From positions 7,319 through 71,318 of the forward strand of contig JBDNIW010000001.1 of the NCBI GenBank assembly GCA_041688155.1: 64,000 nucleotides of DNA, in the 5' to 3' direction. A program made the position numbers and the translations under genes. Positions 49,700-59,522 of the stretch are shown here, one piece after another. Under the pieces are notes generated by a model. That model had not been told where the DNA came from. It worked only from the letters and a program-made list of their open reading frames with translations, and did not search any database. Source of the stretch: Minisyncoccota bacterium (GTDB lineage Bacteria; Patescibacteriota; Minisyncoccia; Phycocordibacterales; UBA918). The first letter of the stretch is position 1. Each line of letters begins with the position of its first letter.

Positions 49700-50884
49700 A
49701 TGAATCCGTTTAATGTCTTACGAGAAGCCTTGCAGGCGCTACGAAGCAATGCGCTACGTTCATCACTGACAATCATTGGAATCGTGGTGGGTATATTTTC
49801 AGTGACCGCCATGCTGGCGTTAGGGGAGGGGTTGTCTGGCAATATTGCCGAACGGTTTAATGCGTTCACTAGTGGTGATATCACCATCGTTGGTGATATT
49901 ACTGAGCAAGATCTCAGTTGGCTGCAAGACCGACCGTACGCGTCAGTCGTGGTTGGGTTTCAGTCAGCTGGTGGTGTCGACACTATTTTTGCCGGGACAG
50001 ATTTCAACCCGTCAGTACAAACAATCTTGGGTGAGTACGAAGCGATAACAGGATTTGAGCTTATCTCAGGAAACGCTTTTGATTTTACCGATGCAGAGTT
50101 TGCTGAGCGGGTCGCTATTGTCGACGAAGGATTTCTAGATAGCGTCGAGACCGATAGTGGGGCAGATGCCAGTAGTGGAATCGTGATACTTAACGGCCAG
50201 CGCTTCACAATCATCGGGGTACGCGAGGGAGGTAGTGGTGGGTTTGGCCGTCGGGGAGATGGTGCAATTATCGTACCGTACGCGGCAGCCCTGGGGGTGG
50301 TGACCAATACTACCCAGTTTTCTTCAGTCGGGATGAACCTAAATGACGTAGCTTATTTTGAAACCTACTCAAAACATATCCTGACGTCTCTCAATGCCTC
50401 TCGGTATGTAGAGCCAGATAGTGACGAATTCTTTGGGGTGAGTAGTGCGCAGGAATTTATCAAAACTGCCCTTGAAACAACGGCGATGATCAGCGTGTTT
50501 CTAGGGGTGATTGGTGGTATTGCATTGTTTGTGGGTGGGATTGGAACCATGAACATGATGCTCACCACAGTAACTGAACGGACCAAAGAAATTGGTTTAC
50601 GTAAAGCGGTTGGCGCTCGCAATAAAGACGTTCTGTTACAGATTTTATTTGAATCAGTCTTGCTGACGTTGCTCGGGGGAGCGATTGGGATTGCTTTGAC
50701 CTACGGGGTGGCATACATCGCGAACCGGGTACTCGCTGACAATGATTTCTTGAGTATCTCCATGTCTGGAACTGTAGTCTTATACGCCGTCATCGTTTCA
50801 TTTTGTGTTGGGATTATTTTTGGATTGTACCCAGCCCGAAATGCTTCGAGACTTCAGCCAGTAGACGCGTTACGAAGTGACTAA
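49700..50884 (+). CDS. ABC transporter permease (MacB/FtsX-like)
   Basis: RSSLTIIGI, GGIGTMN, ERTKEIGLRKAVGA, PVDALR. Confidence 0.95.
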   Translation: MNPFNVLREALQALRSNALRSSLTIIGIVVGIFSVTAMLALGEGLSGNIAERFNAFTSGDITIVGDITEQDLSWLQDRPYASVVVGFQSAGGVDTIFAGTDFNPSVQTILGEYEAITGFELISGNAFDFTDAEFAERVAIVDEGFLDSVETDSGADASSGIVILNGQRFTIIGVREGGSGGFGRRGDGAIIVPYAAALGVVTNTTQFSSVGMNLNDVAYFETYSKHILTSLNASRYVEPDSDEFFGVSSAQEFIKTALETTAMISVFLGVIGGIALFVGGIGTMNMMLTTVTERTKEIGLRKAVGARNKDVLLQILFESVLLTLLGGAIGIALTYGVAYIANRVLADNDFLSISMSGTVVLYAVIVSFCVGIIFGLYPARNASRLQPVDALRSD

Positions 50885-51119
50885 TACTGATTTTGTACAG
50901 TGTTCGCTATAGAGTAGGAATTACAATTCAGGTATTTTGATGTAAAAAAGTATGAAAAGGTTAGCTGTTTTATTGCCACTATCTATTGAGATTGGACTGA
51001 TGGAGCTTTGTTGCAGGACACTCTAGAGGTAGTCACTCCACTTTGGACCTAACCTAAATAGGCCACCTATATATCGATATCAACAGTTACAAAATATGAG
51101 GAGATAATTTATTGCTATT

Positions 51120-53363
51120 ATGAAATCTATGAATTCACACCAACCAAGTGTAGTCACTCTTTGTACCAAAGCTTTATTTATAACTAGTGTCGTAACCGCT
51201 TTATTTTTTATCATCGGTATTCAGGTGGCTGCTGCGCAGACACCTGGCTCATTTAGTACCACCTGGCAGACCGACAATCCGGGAACTAGTAGCTCAACTG
51301 CTATTACCATCCCTACTACCGGTGGAGGATTTAACTACACAGTCTACTGGGAAGAAGTTGGTACTCCAGGGAATAACGGAACAAGTACAGGACTTACTGG
51401 TGACGCGACGATTGATTTTCCAAGTGCGGGTACCTACCGAGTAGATATTACCGGTGATTTCCCAGAGATTTTCTTTGACGGTGCTGGTGATCAAGAAAAG
51501 ATTCTCACCATTGAACAGTGGGGAACTATTGCCTGGAGTAGTATGTATCATGCTTTCTATGGTACGACTAATTTGACGTACGAAGCTACAGACGCACCTG
51601 ACCTTTCATCCGTAATTGATTTAGCTGGCATGTTTTTTGGCGCCACTGCTTTTAACGGCAATCTTGATACGTGGGATGTGAGTAATGTTGTTGCTATGGG
51701 TGATATGTTTCGCGATGCAACCAGCTTCAACGGGACACTTAATGGCTGGGGTTCTGATATTGGTTCGGTTACAAACATGTCTGCAATGTTTCAAGGTGCC
51801 ACCAGCTTCAACCAACCACTAGATACCTGGGACGTAAGTAGTGTGACTAACATGGGAAATATGTTTCGAGATGCTAACAGCTTCGACAGTGCTCTCAACG
51901 GCTGGGGTGCTAATACAGGAATTGTTACAAACATGCTTTCAATGTTTGAAGGTGCCACCAGCTTCAACCAACCACTAGATACCTGGGACGTAAGTAGTGT
52001 GACTAACATGGGAAATATGTTTCGAGATGCAACAGCCTTTAATCGACCACTAGAGGATTGGAACGTGAGTAGTGTTGTGAGTATGTCGTCCATGTTTGAA
52101 GGGGCTACTAACTTTAACGGTGCCCTCAATGGCTGGGGTACCACGACGGCATCGGTGACCACTATGTTTGATATGTTTGAGAGTGCAGCTAACTTCAACC
52201 AGCCATTGGATAACTGGGATGTAAGTAGTGTGACTAATATGAATGATATGTTCCAAAACTCTGTCAACTTCAACGGTGCCCTTAACGGCTGGGGTACCAC
52301 GACGGCATCGGTGACTAATATGCAGTCGATGTTTAATGGGGCAGATAGTTTCAATCAACCACTTGATCAGTGGGATGTGAGTAGTGTTACAAGTATGGCG
52401 TTCATGTTCCTTGACGCTGGTAATTTTAACAGTGCCCTCAATGGTTGGGGGACCACTACTGCCAGTGTTACTAGTATGTTTGGTATGTTCGAAGATGCGA
52501 GTAACTTCAATCAACCGCTTGGTACATGGGATGTAAGTAGTACTACAAACATGAATCGTCTATTCCAAAATGCTGCCAACTTTAATCAACCAATCGAGAC
52601 TTGGGATGTGAGTAGTGTTAACAACATGCAGGCAATGTTTAACGGTGCTACTAATTTCAACCAACCGCTTGGTGCGTGGGATATTAGAAATGTGCCACCT
52701 ACTGGTCTCGCGAACACCTTTGATGGAACCGCTTGGAGTAAAGAAAGCTACTCAGCTACGTTAGAGGGATGGAGTGCTCAAGGAAGTACACCTCCAGGTC
52801 TAGATTTAGAAACTACCGCCCAGTACCTTGCAACAGCTGAATCAGCTCGGCAGATGCTCATTTCTAATGGTTGGACTATCACTGATGGTGGAGTGTATAC
52901 AGCACCCCCAAGTGGAGGAAGTAGTGGAACCCGTACCCGAATGCCATCTACGTCACAAATATTACCACCCGCACCACCAACATCCGCACCACCAACATCC
53001 GAAGTACCAGTCGATCGAGATGAGATTTTAGTACGCATCGCAGAGTTAGAACAACTAATAGTTCTCCTGCAAACCCAAGCTGGAATGCCAGTGTCGCCAA
53101 TCCCAACAGATTCAGAAATACCAGATGATTGTTTTTTCAGTCGTGACCTCATGACTGGCTCTAGTGGGGAAGACGTTACTTGTCTACAGTCGTACTTAAC
53201 GAGTACTGGAGACTTCAGTTACTCTGAAGGACCGACTGGCTACTATGGTGAGGTGACCAGAACCGCAGTGCGACGATGGCAAGAGCGGAACGAAATACTT
53301 CCAGCAGCGGGCTACTTTGGCTCAATCTCTCAACGTACCTCTCGTAGTGCGTATACTAAATAG
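51120..53363 (+). CDS. DUF285/BspA-type repeat surface protein with C-terminal peptidoglycan-binding-like domain
   Basis: Signal peptide; tandem FNQPL..WDVSSVTNM..MF repeats; GSSGEDV..LQ..L..TGYYG..T..AV..WQ. Confidence 0.9.
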   Translation: MKSMNSHQPSVVTLCTKALFITSVVTALFFIIGIQVAAAQTPGSFSTTWQTDNPGTSSSTAITIPTTGGGFNYTVYWEEVGTPGNNGTSTGLTGDATIDFPSAGTYRVDITGDFPEIFFDGAGDQEKILTIEQWGTIAWSSMYHAFYGTTNLTYEATDAPDLSSVIDLAGMFFGATAFNGNLDTWDVSNVVAMGDMFRDATSFNGTLNGWGSDIGSVTNMSAMFQGATSFNQPLDTWDVSSVTNMGNMFRDANSFDSALNGWGANTGIVTNMLSMFEGATSFNQPLDTWDVSSVTNMGNMFRDATAFNRPLEDWNVSSVVSMSSMFEGATNFNGALNGWGTTTASVTTMFDMFESAANFNQPLDNWDVSSVTNMNDMFQNSVNFNGALNGWGTTTASVTNMQSMFNGADSFNQPLDQWDVSSVTSMAFMFLDAGNFNSALNGWGTTTASVTSMFGMFEDASNFNQPLGTWDVSSTTNMNRLFQNAANFNQPIETWDVSSVNNMQAMFNGATNFNQPLGAWDIRNVPPTGLANTFDGTAWSKESYSATLEGWSAQGSTPPGLDLETTAQYLATAESARQMLISNGWTITDGGVYTAPPSGGSSGTRTRMPSTSQILPPAPPTSAPPTSEVPVDRDEILVRIAELEQLIVLLQTQAGMPVSPIPTDSEIPDDCFFSRDLMTGSSGEDVTCLQSYLTSTGDFSYSEGPTGYYGEVTRTAVRRWQERNEILPAAGYFGSISQRTSRSAYTK

Positions 53364-53524
53364 ATACTAACTAAAACAAAAAAGCCAGCGTGAAGCTGGT
53401 CTTTTTGTTTTGAGCTCTATCAATATATTTTGGTGTGGCGTCGAAAGTTGTCAGCTTAGTTTTCAGTGTGTACACGTTGCGCTACTGTCCGTTAAGTGTA
53501 AGAGTAACTAATGTAAGTCGTTAT

Positions 53525-54022
53525 ATGAATCAGGACACCCAAGAACAAGTGTTTATAGAATCTTTCTCCACCTATGGAGATGCTATTTTTCGATTTTGTA
53601 TGGTCAAAGTATCAAATAAAGAATTAGCAGAAGATATGACGCAAGAGGTGTTCACGAGGTACTGGCAATACCTGCGGAATGGAAAAGAAATGACGAACAC
53701 TCGTTCGTTCCTCTATACCATCGCAAATAATATGGCCAAGGATTGGTACAAAAAGAAAAAGTCTGATTCCTTGGATGCGAAAATGGAATCAGGTCAAGTG
53801 CCAAAAGATACCAGTGCTAGTCCAGAGGAAGTCGCATCATATCAAGAGGTACTCGAGGCAATGAACGGTATGGAGGAAAAAGACGCGGAAGTGTTACTGC
53901 TAAAGTTTGTCGAAGGGTTAGATCCAAAAGATATAGCTAAAATTTTAGGAGAAACAGCTAACACTGTATCTGTCCGTATCAATCGAGCGACCAAACGGCT
54001 GCAGCAAAAAATGCATATATGA
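53525..54022 (+). CDS. ECF RNA polymerase sigma factor
   Basis: AEDMTQEVF, FLYTIANN, region 4 DIAKILG..NTVSVRINRA. Confidence 0.92.
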   Translation: MNQDTQEQVFIESFSTYGDAIFRFCMVKVSNKELAEDMTQEVFTRYWQYLRNGKEMTNTRSFLYTIANNMAKDWYKKKKSDSLDAKMESGQVPKDTSASPEEVASYQEVLEAMNGMEEKDAEVLLLKFVEGLDPKDIAKILGETANTVSVRINRATKRLQQKMHI

Positions 54023-55248
54023 ACAAAGATAAAAATACTGATACCTATCTAAAAAAACTAGCAGACATACAACTGTCTGACTCTTCTCGTTCTCGTATGG
54101 AGGATGAATTGCTTGCGCACGCTCGTTTTCATGGTGTAAGAGTTGGGGAGGATAGTCGTTCTATAGTACAAGTACCGCAGCGCACTCTATTATTTACCTT
54201 ACTTAAACAAACAAAATCTATGACCGCAGCAATAATTATGATCATGCTGATCGCTGGAGGAGGGACTACATTCGCCGCTGAAGGGGCCGTGCCAGGTGAT
54301 TTCTTGTATACAGTAAAAACAGAAGTAAATGAAAACGTAAAAAGTGCGTTTGCTATTTCAAGTGAAGCTGAAGCCCGACTGCAAGCTCGACTCGTCGAAG
54401 AACGACTAGAAGAAGCTGAGGAACTCGCCGCTCGAGGTGAACTTACTGCTGAAGTTGCAGCTGATCTCAGTGCCCGCATCCAAACCCACACCAACCAAGC
54501 CCAAGAGCAAAGTGAGAAAGGAGAAGCTAAAGGTGACTATGAATCTTCAGCCACTGTCCGAGCTTCTTTGGAAGGAAGTTTTCGAGCCTACGCTGACGTA
54601 TTAGCCGGTCTGAATACTCGAGTGTCTGGTAACGATGGCGCATCATTAGTAACTGATATTCGAAGCTATGCTGACCTAACGGCAAACGCTCAAGCCACTG
54701 CAACGGCCACTATCGACGCCTTTGTCAATATGAAAGCCACAGCCCAAGCAACAATTGATCGAGCTGATAATTACATCACAGAAGTAGAAGTTACACTCAA
54801 TCAGGCAGCCTCTGAACTATCAGCCCAGGCGTACGCTCGAGCTGACGTTCGATTAAACGAAGCTATAGCTGTCCAAGCTGAAGCAAAAGCTTCTTTCCAA
54901 ACTGAAGCCTATCGAGCTGCCTACACGACAACTCAAGCAGCGATGCGGATTGCAAGTGAAGTAGACGCAATGATAAACAGTATGCTCCGATTACAGGTAG
55001 ATGTGAATGTAGAGAACGTGCTTGATGGGATACTCGATGTTCGTACTGAAACTGACGAGCAGACAAACAGACGAACTAATTCTGAAGAAAATACAGAGTC
55101 GACAGATAGTCCTGATGCAGCTGGTTCAGATAGAGCAACTGATAGTTCTGCTGAGGTAAATGCAACCACAGACGCAAGTGTAGACGCAGATATCATTGAT
55201 GTTGATATACAAACTGATACATCAGTACGAGGAGGACTACGTCTATAA
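54019..55248 (+). CDS. Putative anti-sigma / DUF5667-like membrane protein
   Basis: Overlaps sigma stop (ATGA); TM then AVPGDFLYTVK..E, ERLEE. Confidence 0.7.
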   Translation: MNKDKNTDTYLKKLADIQLSDSSRSRMEDELLAHARFHGVRVGEDSRSIVQVPQRTLLFTLLKQTKSMTAAIIMIMLIAGGGTTFAAEGAVPGDFLYTVKTEVNENVKSAFAISSEAEARLQARLVEERLEEAEELAARGELTAEVAADLSARIQTHTNQAQEQSEKGEAKGDYESSATVRASLEGSFRAYADVLAGLNTRVSGNDGASLVTDIRSYADLTANAQATATATIDAFVNMKATAQATIDRADNYITEVEVTLNQAASELSAQAYARADVRLNEAIAVQAEAKASFQTEAYRAAYTTTQAAMRIASEVDAMINSMLRLQVDVNVENVLDGILDVRTETDEQTNRRTNSEENTESTDSPDAAGSDRATDSSAEVNATTDASVDADIIDVDIQTDTSVRGGLRL

Positions 55249-55532
55249 AGCTAACTAAACATCCATCAAAATCCCCAGAAGGGGATTTTGTAACTCCGGA
55301 GGACCTGCTTCCGGGTAGCCCAATAAAATTATTTACACAGTACAGTCTAGAATTTAAGCAGGGACAGTAGTTTCCTAAAAGTATGGTGTAATAAAAATTT
55401 TTAACTGAGGAAACCTGAAAAGGGGTCAGCTATCTTTCTTGAGCGCTGCTCTCATGGACGAACGTAAACTACGGGCAATACTGCTCGAGCAGGGAAGGTT
55501 GGCAAAGTGCTTCCAACCTTTTAGTGGTTTAA

Positions 55533-55574
55533 AAGAATCACCGCTTTAAAGCCTGCTTTAAAGCGGTGATTCTT
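55533..55574. terminator. Perfect 20-bp inverted repeat, terminator-like
   Basis: AAGAATCACCGCTTTAAAGC-ct-GCTTTAAAGCGGTGATTCTT. Confidence 0.6.
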
Positions 55575-55751
55575 ATTACTTTGGGACGATGTCGTGGAGT
55601 GAGAATTGGCTCAGTGTCCCGGCGCATGACGCTTCTGCCAGACACGCCGACAAAATGTACAGTCTCTGTATAGAGATGGTTGCACTGTGCGTGAGGACAG
55701 GTGAGATATGGCGGCCTATATTACAGCCGTATATTTTGCTACAATTTAAAT

Positions 55752-56783
55752 ATGGAAAAACTACCAAAGCTGAAGCCGGGAGATAAAGTCGCTATCGTTT
55801 CACCTAGTTTTGCGGCGCCAGGTGTTTGGCCACATGTACATCAGCTGGGACTAGAGCGGTTGCGTGACGTGTTTGGCCTAGACCCGGTTGCGTATCCAGC
55901 TACAGCCAATGTAGGTGCTACTACACAAGAGAAAGCCGCTGATTTGGTGTCTGCGTTTTCTGATCCAGACATAAAAGCAGTGATTGCTACCCTGGGGGGA
56001 GATATTCAAGTTACCTATATCAAGCACCTTGACCCGACAGTTTTTAGGGAAAATTCAAAGCCGTTTTTTGGGTTTAGTGATAACTCTCATTTCTCTAATT
56101 TTTTGTTCCTCAATGGCGTGCCTTCGTACTACGGAGCCGCTTTGTTTACCCAATTTGCCAGACAAGGTGCATTGGATGAATATACCGTTACGTACATCAA
56201 ACACGCTTTATTTGATAAGGGGGAGTTCGAGCTAGTACCGTCTGAAACATATAACGATGTTGGGCTTGGTTGGGATGATCCCGAGTTACTCACGTCATTC
56301 AGAGAGGTAGAGAAGAGTGATGGATGGTTCTGGGATGGCGAAACGGATGCAGTCGGACGGCTGTGGGGTGGTTGCGTTGAATCAGTGGACGAGATGCTGC
56401 GACATGGAGTACCTATTCCATCTCTCCAACAGTTTGAAGATATCGTGCTGATGCTTGAAACATCAGAAGAAATCCCTACGGCTGATTATGTGAAGCGGGT
56501 ACTAAGAGCATTGGGTGAGCGGGGCATTCTGGAGCGAGTGAACGGGGTGTTGATGGGACGCCCCAAAGCCTGGGAGTTTGATAGACCACAGACAGCCAAA
56601 GAAAAAGCCACGTACCGTGAAGAGCAGAGAGAGGCAGTTTTGAGTACCGTTCGCCAATATAATAAATCTATCCCCATTGTACAGAACCTAAACTTTGGAC
56701 ACACAGATCCACAGATCCCGATGCCGTATGGAAATATAGTCCGTATTGTTGCAGATGAGAAGAGAATCTTTGCTCAGTTCTAA
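55752..56783 (+). CDS. S66 family peptidase (LD-carboxypeptidase/MccF-like)
   Basis: LKPGDKVAIVSPS, GFSD, LETSEE, FGHTDP. Confidence 0.92.
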   Translation: MEKLPKLKPGDKVAIVSPSFAAPGVWPHVHQLGLERLRDVFGLDPVAYPATANVGATTQEKAADLVSAFSDPDIKAVIATLGGDIQVTYIKHLDPTVFRENSKPFFGFSDNSHFSNFLFLNGVPSYYGAALFTQFARQGALDEYTVTYIKHALFDKGEFELVPSETYNDVGLGWDDPELLTSFREVEKSDGWFWDGETDAVGRLWGGCVESVDEMLRHGVPIPSLQQFEDIVLMLETSEEIPTADYVKRVLRALGERGILERVNGVLMGRPKAWEFDRPQTAKEKATYREEQREAVLSTVRQYNKSIPIVQNLNFGHTDPQIPMPYGNIVRIVADEKRIFAQF

Positions 56784-56942
56784 TGTCTTGGTAGAGTATA
56801 AAAATAACCTTAGAGAAACCTACTTTAAAACGCTGGTCAGCTCTTCCAACTCTAGTGGAACCAATTGGAAGGATTAGGCCTTGATTGATAAAGTGAGCCC
56901 AGGATTTATTATAGGTAAGAGGGGAGTAAGTAGTTTTCCTAA

Positions 56943-57203
56943 CTAACCGTACAGTTCGCTGTGTGAACCGATAGATGAAAAATATATAGTATCTGTGTCT
57001 TTGATCGCAAAAACAGCCCTAACATCAGCGTTTACATTAAAACTTTGGTATCCTTTATATTTTCCGGCTAAGGTGTGGACGTGTAGTAAGGGGTGAGTTT
57101 CTTCTTCGATATATAGTTTCAAGCGTATTGCAAACTGTTTCTGAATCTTTAGGGGTAGTTTTTTGTACTGCTTATCAAAGCGTTTGCTACGAGAAATATA
57201 CAT
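56943..57203 (-). CDS. RelE/YafQ-type mRNA interferase toxin
   Basis: HTLAGKYKG, C-terminal IGSHSELY. Confidence 0.88.
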   Translation of the reverse strand: MYISRSKRFDKQYKKLPLKIQKQFAIRLKLYIEEETHPLLHVHTLAGKYKGYQSFNVNADVRAVFAIKDTDTIYFSSIGSHSELYG

Positions 57204-57206
57204 AGG

Positions 57207-57482
57207 TTACTTGTTGAGGGCTGCAATGAAGTCATCGACATTATTAAATTTCTTGACCTGGCCAGCTTTGTACTCGAGCTCAGCTTCTTCAAGAATGCTC
57301 TCAAGGTAGGGGGTGGGGCGGTACTGATTGGCAGACAGAGTGATTTCCTTATCGCGTACAAACTGCTTCAAAAAAGCATTGACAACAGTACTCAAGGGTA
57401 CACCTAATTCCTCAGCCACTTTCTTAGCCTCAGCCTTTAGGTTTTTGTCAGTCTTTACATTTAAAATGGTATGCGTGTTCAT
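57207..57482 (-). CDS. RelB/DinJ-type antitoxin
   Basis: NVKTDKNLKAEAKKVAEELGVPLSTVVNAFL. Confidence 0.88.
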   Translation of the reverse strand: MNTHTILNVKTDKNLKAEAKKVAEELGVPLSTVVNAFLKQFVRDKEITLSANQYRPTPYLESILEEAELEYKAGQVKKFNNVDDFIAALNK

Positions 57483-57610
57483 ATACCAAAGTATATACAT
57501 TGGTATACTCGTGTCAAGCGACATCGAGCCACAGCTTGGGGGTAGCGTCGTAGGGGCTCCAGGAACTGGGTTTGAGGAGGGGGAGGGGATGAAATGATTT
57601 ACATCTCAGG

Positions 57611-57913
57611 TTAGGCACTAAATTGTGACTTCAAGCGATTACCTCTATCTTCCATAAAGTTCAAAAAATCTTCTGTATCGCATTGGTCAATTAACAGTCT
57701 GATTTTACTACGAAGCTGGTCCATTTTGTAGTTAATTTCATCCTTGTGCTCAATACCAGACCCAATTAGGGTGAGACTGACTCTGCCCTGGTCAAGCGCA
57801 TCTTCTATCGCAAGTAAAACTGTTAAGTGGGTATAAATGTCTTCATCAAAATTCACATCACCTAATGCTAGTCCAGCGTCAGCGACCTGTAGTAAATGTT
57901 CTCCAATAGTCAT
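57611..57913 (-). CDS. Hypothetical protein
   Basis: 100 aa ORF with a -10 box directly upstream. Confidence 0.55.
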   Translation of the reverse strand: MTIGEHLLQVADAGLALGDVNFDEDIYTHLTVLLAIEDALDQGRVSLTLIGSGIEHKDEINYKMDQLRSKIRLLIDQCDTEDFLNFMEDRGNRLKSQFSA

Positions 57914-58030
57914 ATCCTAATAGTATATCAAGGAAACAGAAGAGTGGTATTTTAATACCAGGCCGTAGCGTCACGTCGCCCTTTATTTTAAATGGGCTTG
58001 AGGAGAATGATGATACAAGTGTGTACATTT

Positions 58031-58540
58031 CTAGTTTTTTACATTACTTAGTTTGAGAATGAACTGGTGATTAAATAATTTGTGTGCAATCAGAGAAGCA
58101 AGTAACGCTCCAGATGAGTATCCTACTAGACATAGCACAAAGAGTAGTGCTAGAGATAGTGGGAATTCGTATCTCCAGACAGGAAACAAGTAGTTTGTGA
58201 TCTCGTAGACAGCAACCAGTGCACTAAGCCAGATTACGAAGTGGATAGTACTGACCTTTTTAAGGAGTAGCGTACTGGCTACGAAGAGTCCGTAAGATAA
58301 TCCAGCATTGAGCAGTAAGAAAGGAAAACCAAACCCAAGTTCGTATGAAAAAAGGCCTAAGTATCTTCCAAGCAGATGGTCATACAATAGTCCGATTGCT
58401 ATCCCAATAAAAATTCCTCGTAGGAGTAGTGTTGGCATCTCGTCTAGTTTTTTGTAGTAAGCGGCACATACAAAAAAGAAAATAAATTGCACCAAAATTA
58501 CAACTCCAAAATGTAGCCAAACTTCAGAAATCATACCCAA
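58031..58540 (-). CDS. Hypothetical integral membrane protein
   Basis: About five hydrophobic helices. Confidence 0.7.
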   Translation of the reverse strand: MGMISEVWLHFGVVILVQFIFFFVCAAYYKKLDEMPTLLLRGIFIGIAIGLLYDHLLGRYLGLFSYELGFGFPFLLLNAGLSYGLFVASTLLLKKVSTIHFVIWLSALVAVYEITNYLFPVWRYEFPLSLALLFVLCLVGYSSGALLASLIAHKLFNHQFILKLSNVKN

Positions 58541-58694
58541 ATTATAACAGTCCGAACGTCTCGGTAGGGTGAGAAAGTGCGGGGCATTTTCGCAAGACCT
58601 TGCCTGGTATTTTGAAAAAGGAAAAACAGTGACGAGGTGTACGGTACCCGTGAGGTTTCAAAAATAATCCTACTAAATCTACTTTAAATCGCTG

Positions 58695-58767
58695 GGCGGC
58701 TACCGGGAATTGAACCCGAATTTCTAGTACCACAAACTAGCGTAATAACCATTATACAATAGCCGCC
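58695..58767 (-). tRNA. tRNA-His(GUG)
   Basis: G-1 plus GCGGCTA, CTAGT-TTGTGGT-ACTAG, GGTTCAATTCC, C73. Confidence 0.92.
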
Positions 58768-58868
58768 ATATCTCGCGGGATGGCGGCCGCAGGCCGCCAT
58801 CCGTTGTGCGCATAGTTATACCTATTTTTGCCTAAAAAGTCGAGGGGTGTTCACGGTATACTAGTGCT

Positions 58869-58958
58869 ATGGGAAAAGAATCATTGGTTATTGTGCTGGC
58901 GCTGGTGTTTATACTGGGGGCTGGAGTGGGGTTTTATGTCACGCGGTTGTTTTTCTAG
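58869..58958 (+). CDS. Small single-TM protein (29 aa)
   Basis: TATACT 6 nt before ATG; MGKESLVIVLALVFILGAGVGFYVTRLFF. Confidence 0.45.
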   Translation: MGKESLVIVLALVFILGAGVGFYVTRLFF

Positions 58959-59018
58959 CCGGTGGGCCGGGGTGAGCGCTATACTGTATGATTAGTTTAT
59001 TCGGAGTAATGTATAAGT

Positions 59019-59387
59019 ATGTTGAAAGAATTTAAAGCCTTCGCGATGAAGGGGAATGTGATTGATCTGGCGGTGGCGGTGGTTATTGGCGCTGCTTTTG
59101 GCAAGATTGTCTCTTCGCTCGTGGATAACCTGATCACGCCGCTGGTGGGGATGTTTATGGGTGGGGTTGATTTTACTGATTTTTCTTACGCGGTGGGGGA
59201 TGCGGTGTTTGGATATGGGGCCTTCGTGCAGTCGGTTATCGATTTTACCATTGTAGCGTTTGTTATTTTTATGGTCATCAAGCTGATTGGCCGCGCTAAA
59301 GGTCCGGCTGAAATCAAAGAACCGGCACCCCAAGGTCCAACGCAAATCGAACTGCTGATGCAAATCAGAGACAGCCTCAAGCGGTAG
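59019..59387 (+). CDS. mscL: Large-conductance mechanosensitive channel
   Basis: EFKAFAMKGNVIDLAVAVVIGAAF, LLMQIRD. Confidence 0.97.
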   Translation: MLKEFKAFAMKGNVIDLAVAVVIGAAFGKIVSSLVDNLITPLVGMFMGGVDFTDFSYAVGDAVFGYGAFVQSVIDFTIVAFVIFMVIKLIGRAKGPAEIKEPAPQGPTQIELLMQIRDSLKR

Positions 59388-59504
59388 TACCGACGTACAC
59401 TGATTGTAAATCAACTGATTCGACCAGGAATCAGTTGATTTTGTATTAAAACCTAGTTTTGACTGCTGGCCAAACCTATTTCCTAAGCGAGTGTAGCGGT
59501 GGAG

Positions 59505-59522
59505 TTATCCCCATCGTCCACA
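59505..59522 (+). promoter_or_regulatory. Two tandem DnaA-box-like 9-mers upstream of the nrd operon
   Basis: TTATCCCCA and TCGTCCACA versus consensus TTATCCACA. Confidence 0.4.

Noticed and set aside
51791-52514. Repetitive antisense ORFs
   Set aside because: Shadow frames of the DUF285 repeat gene
58545-58694. Trailer element after tRNA-His
   Set aside because: No direct or inverted copy of the tRNA 3' end was found
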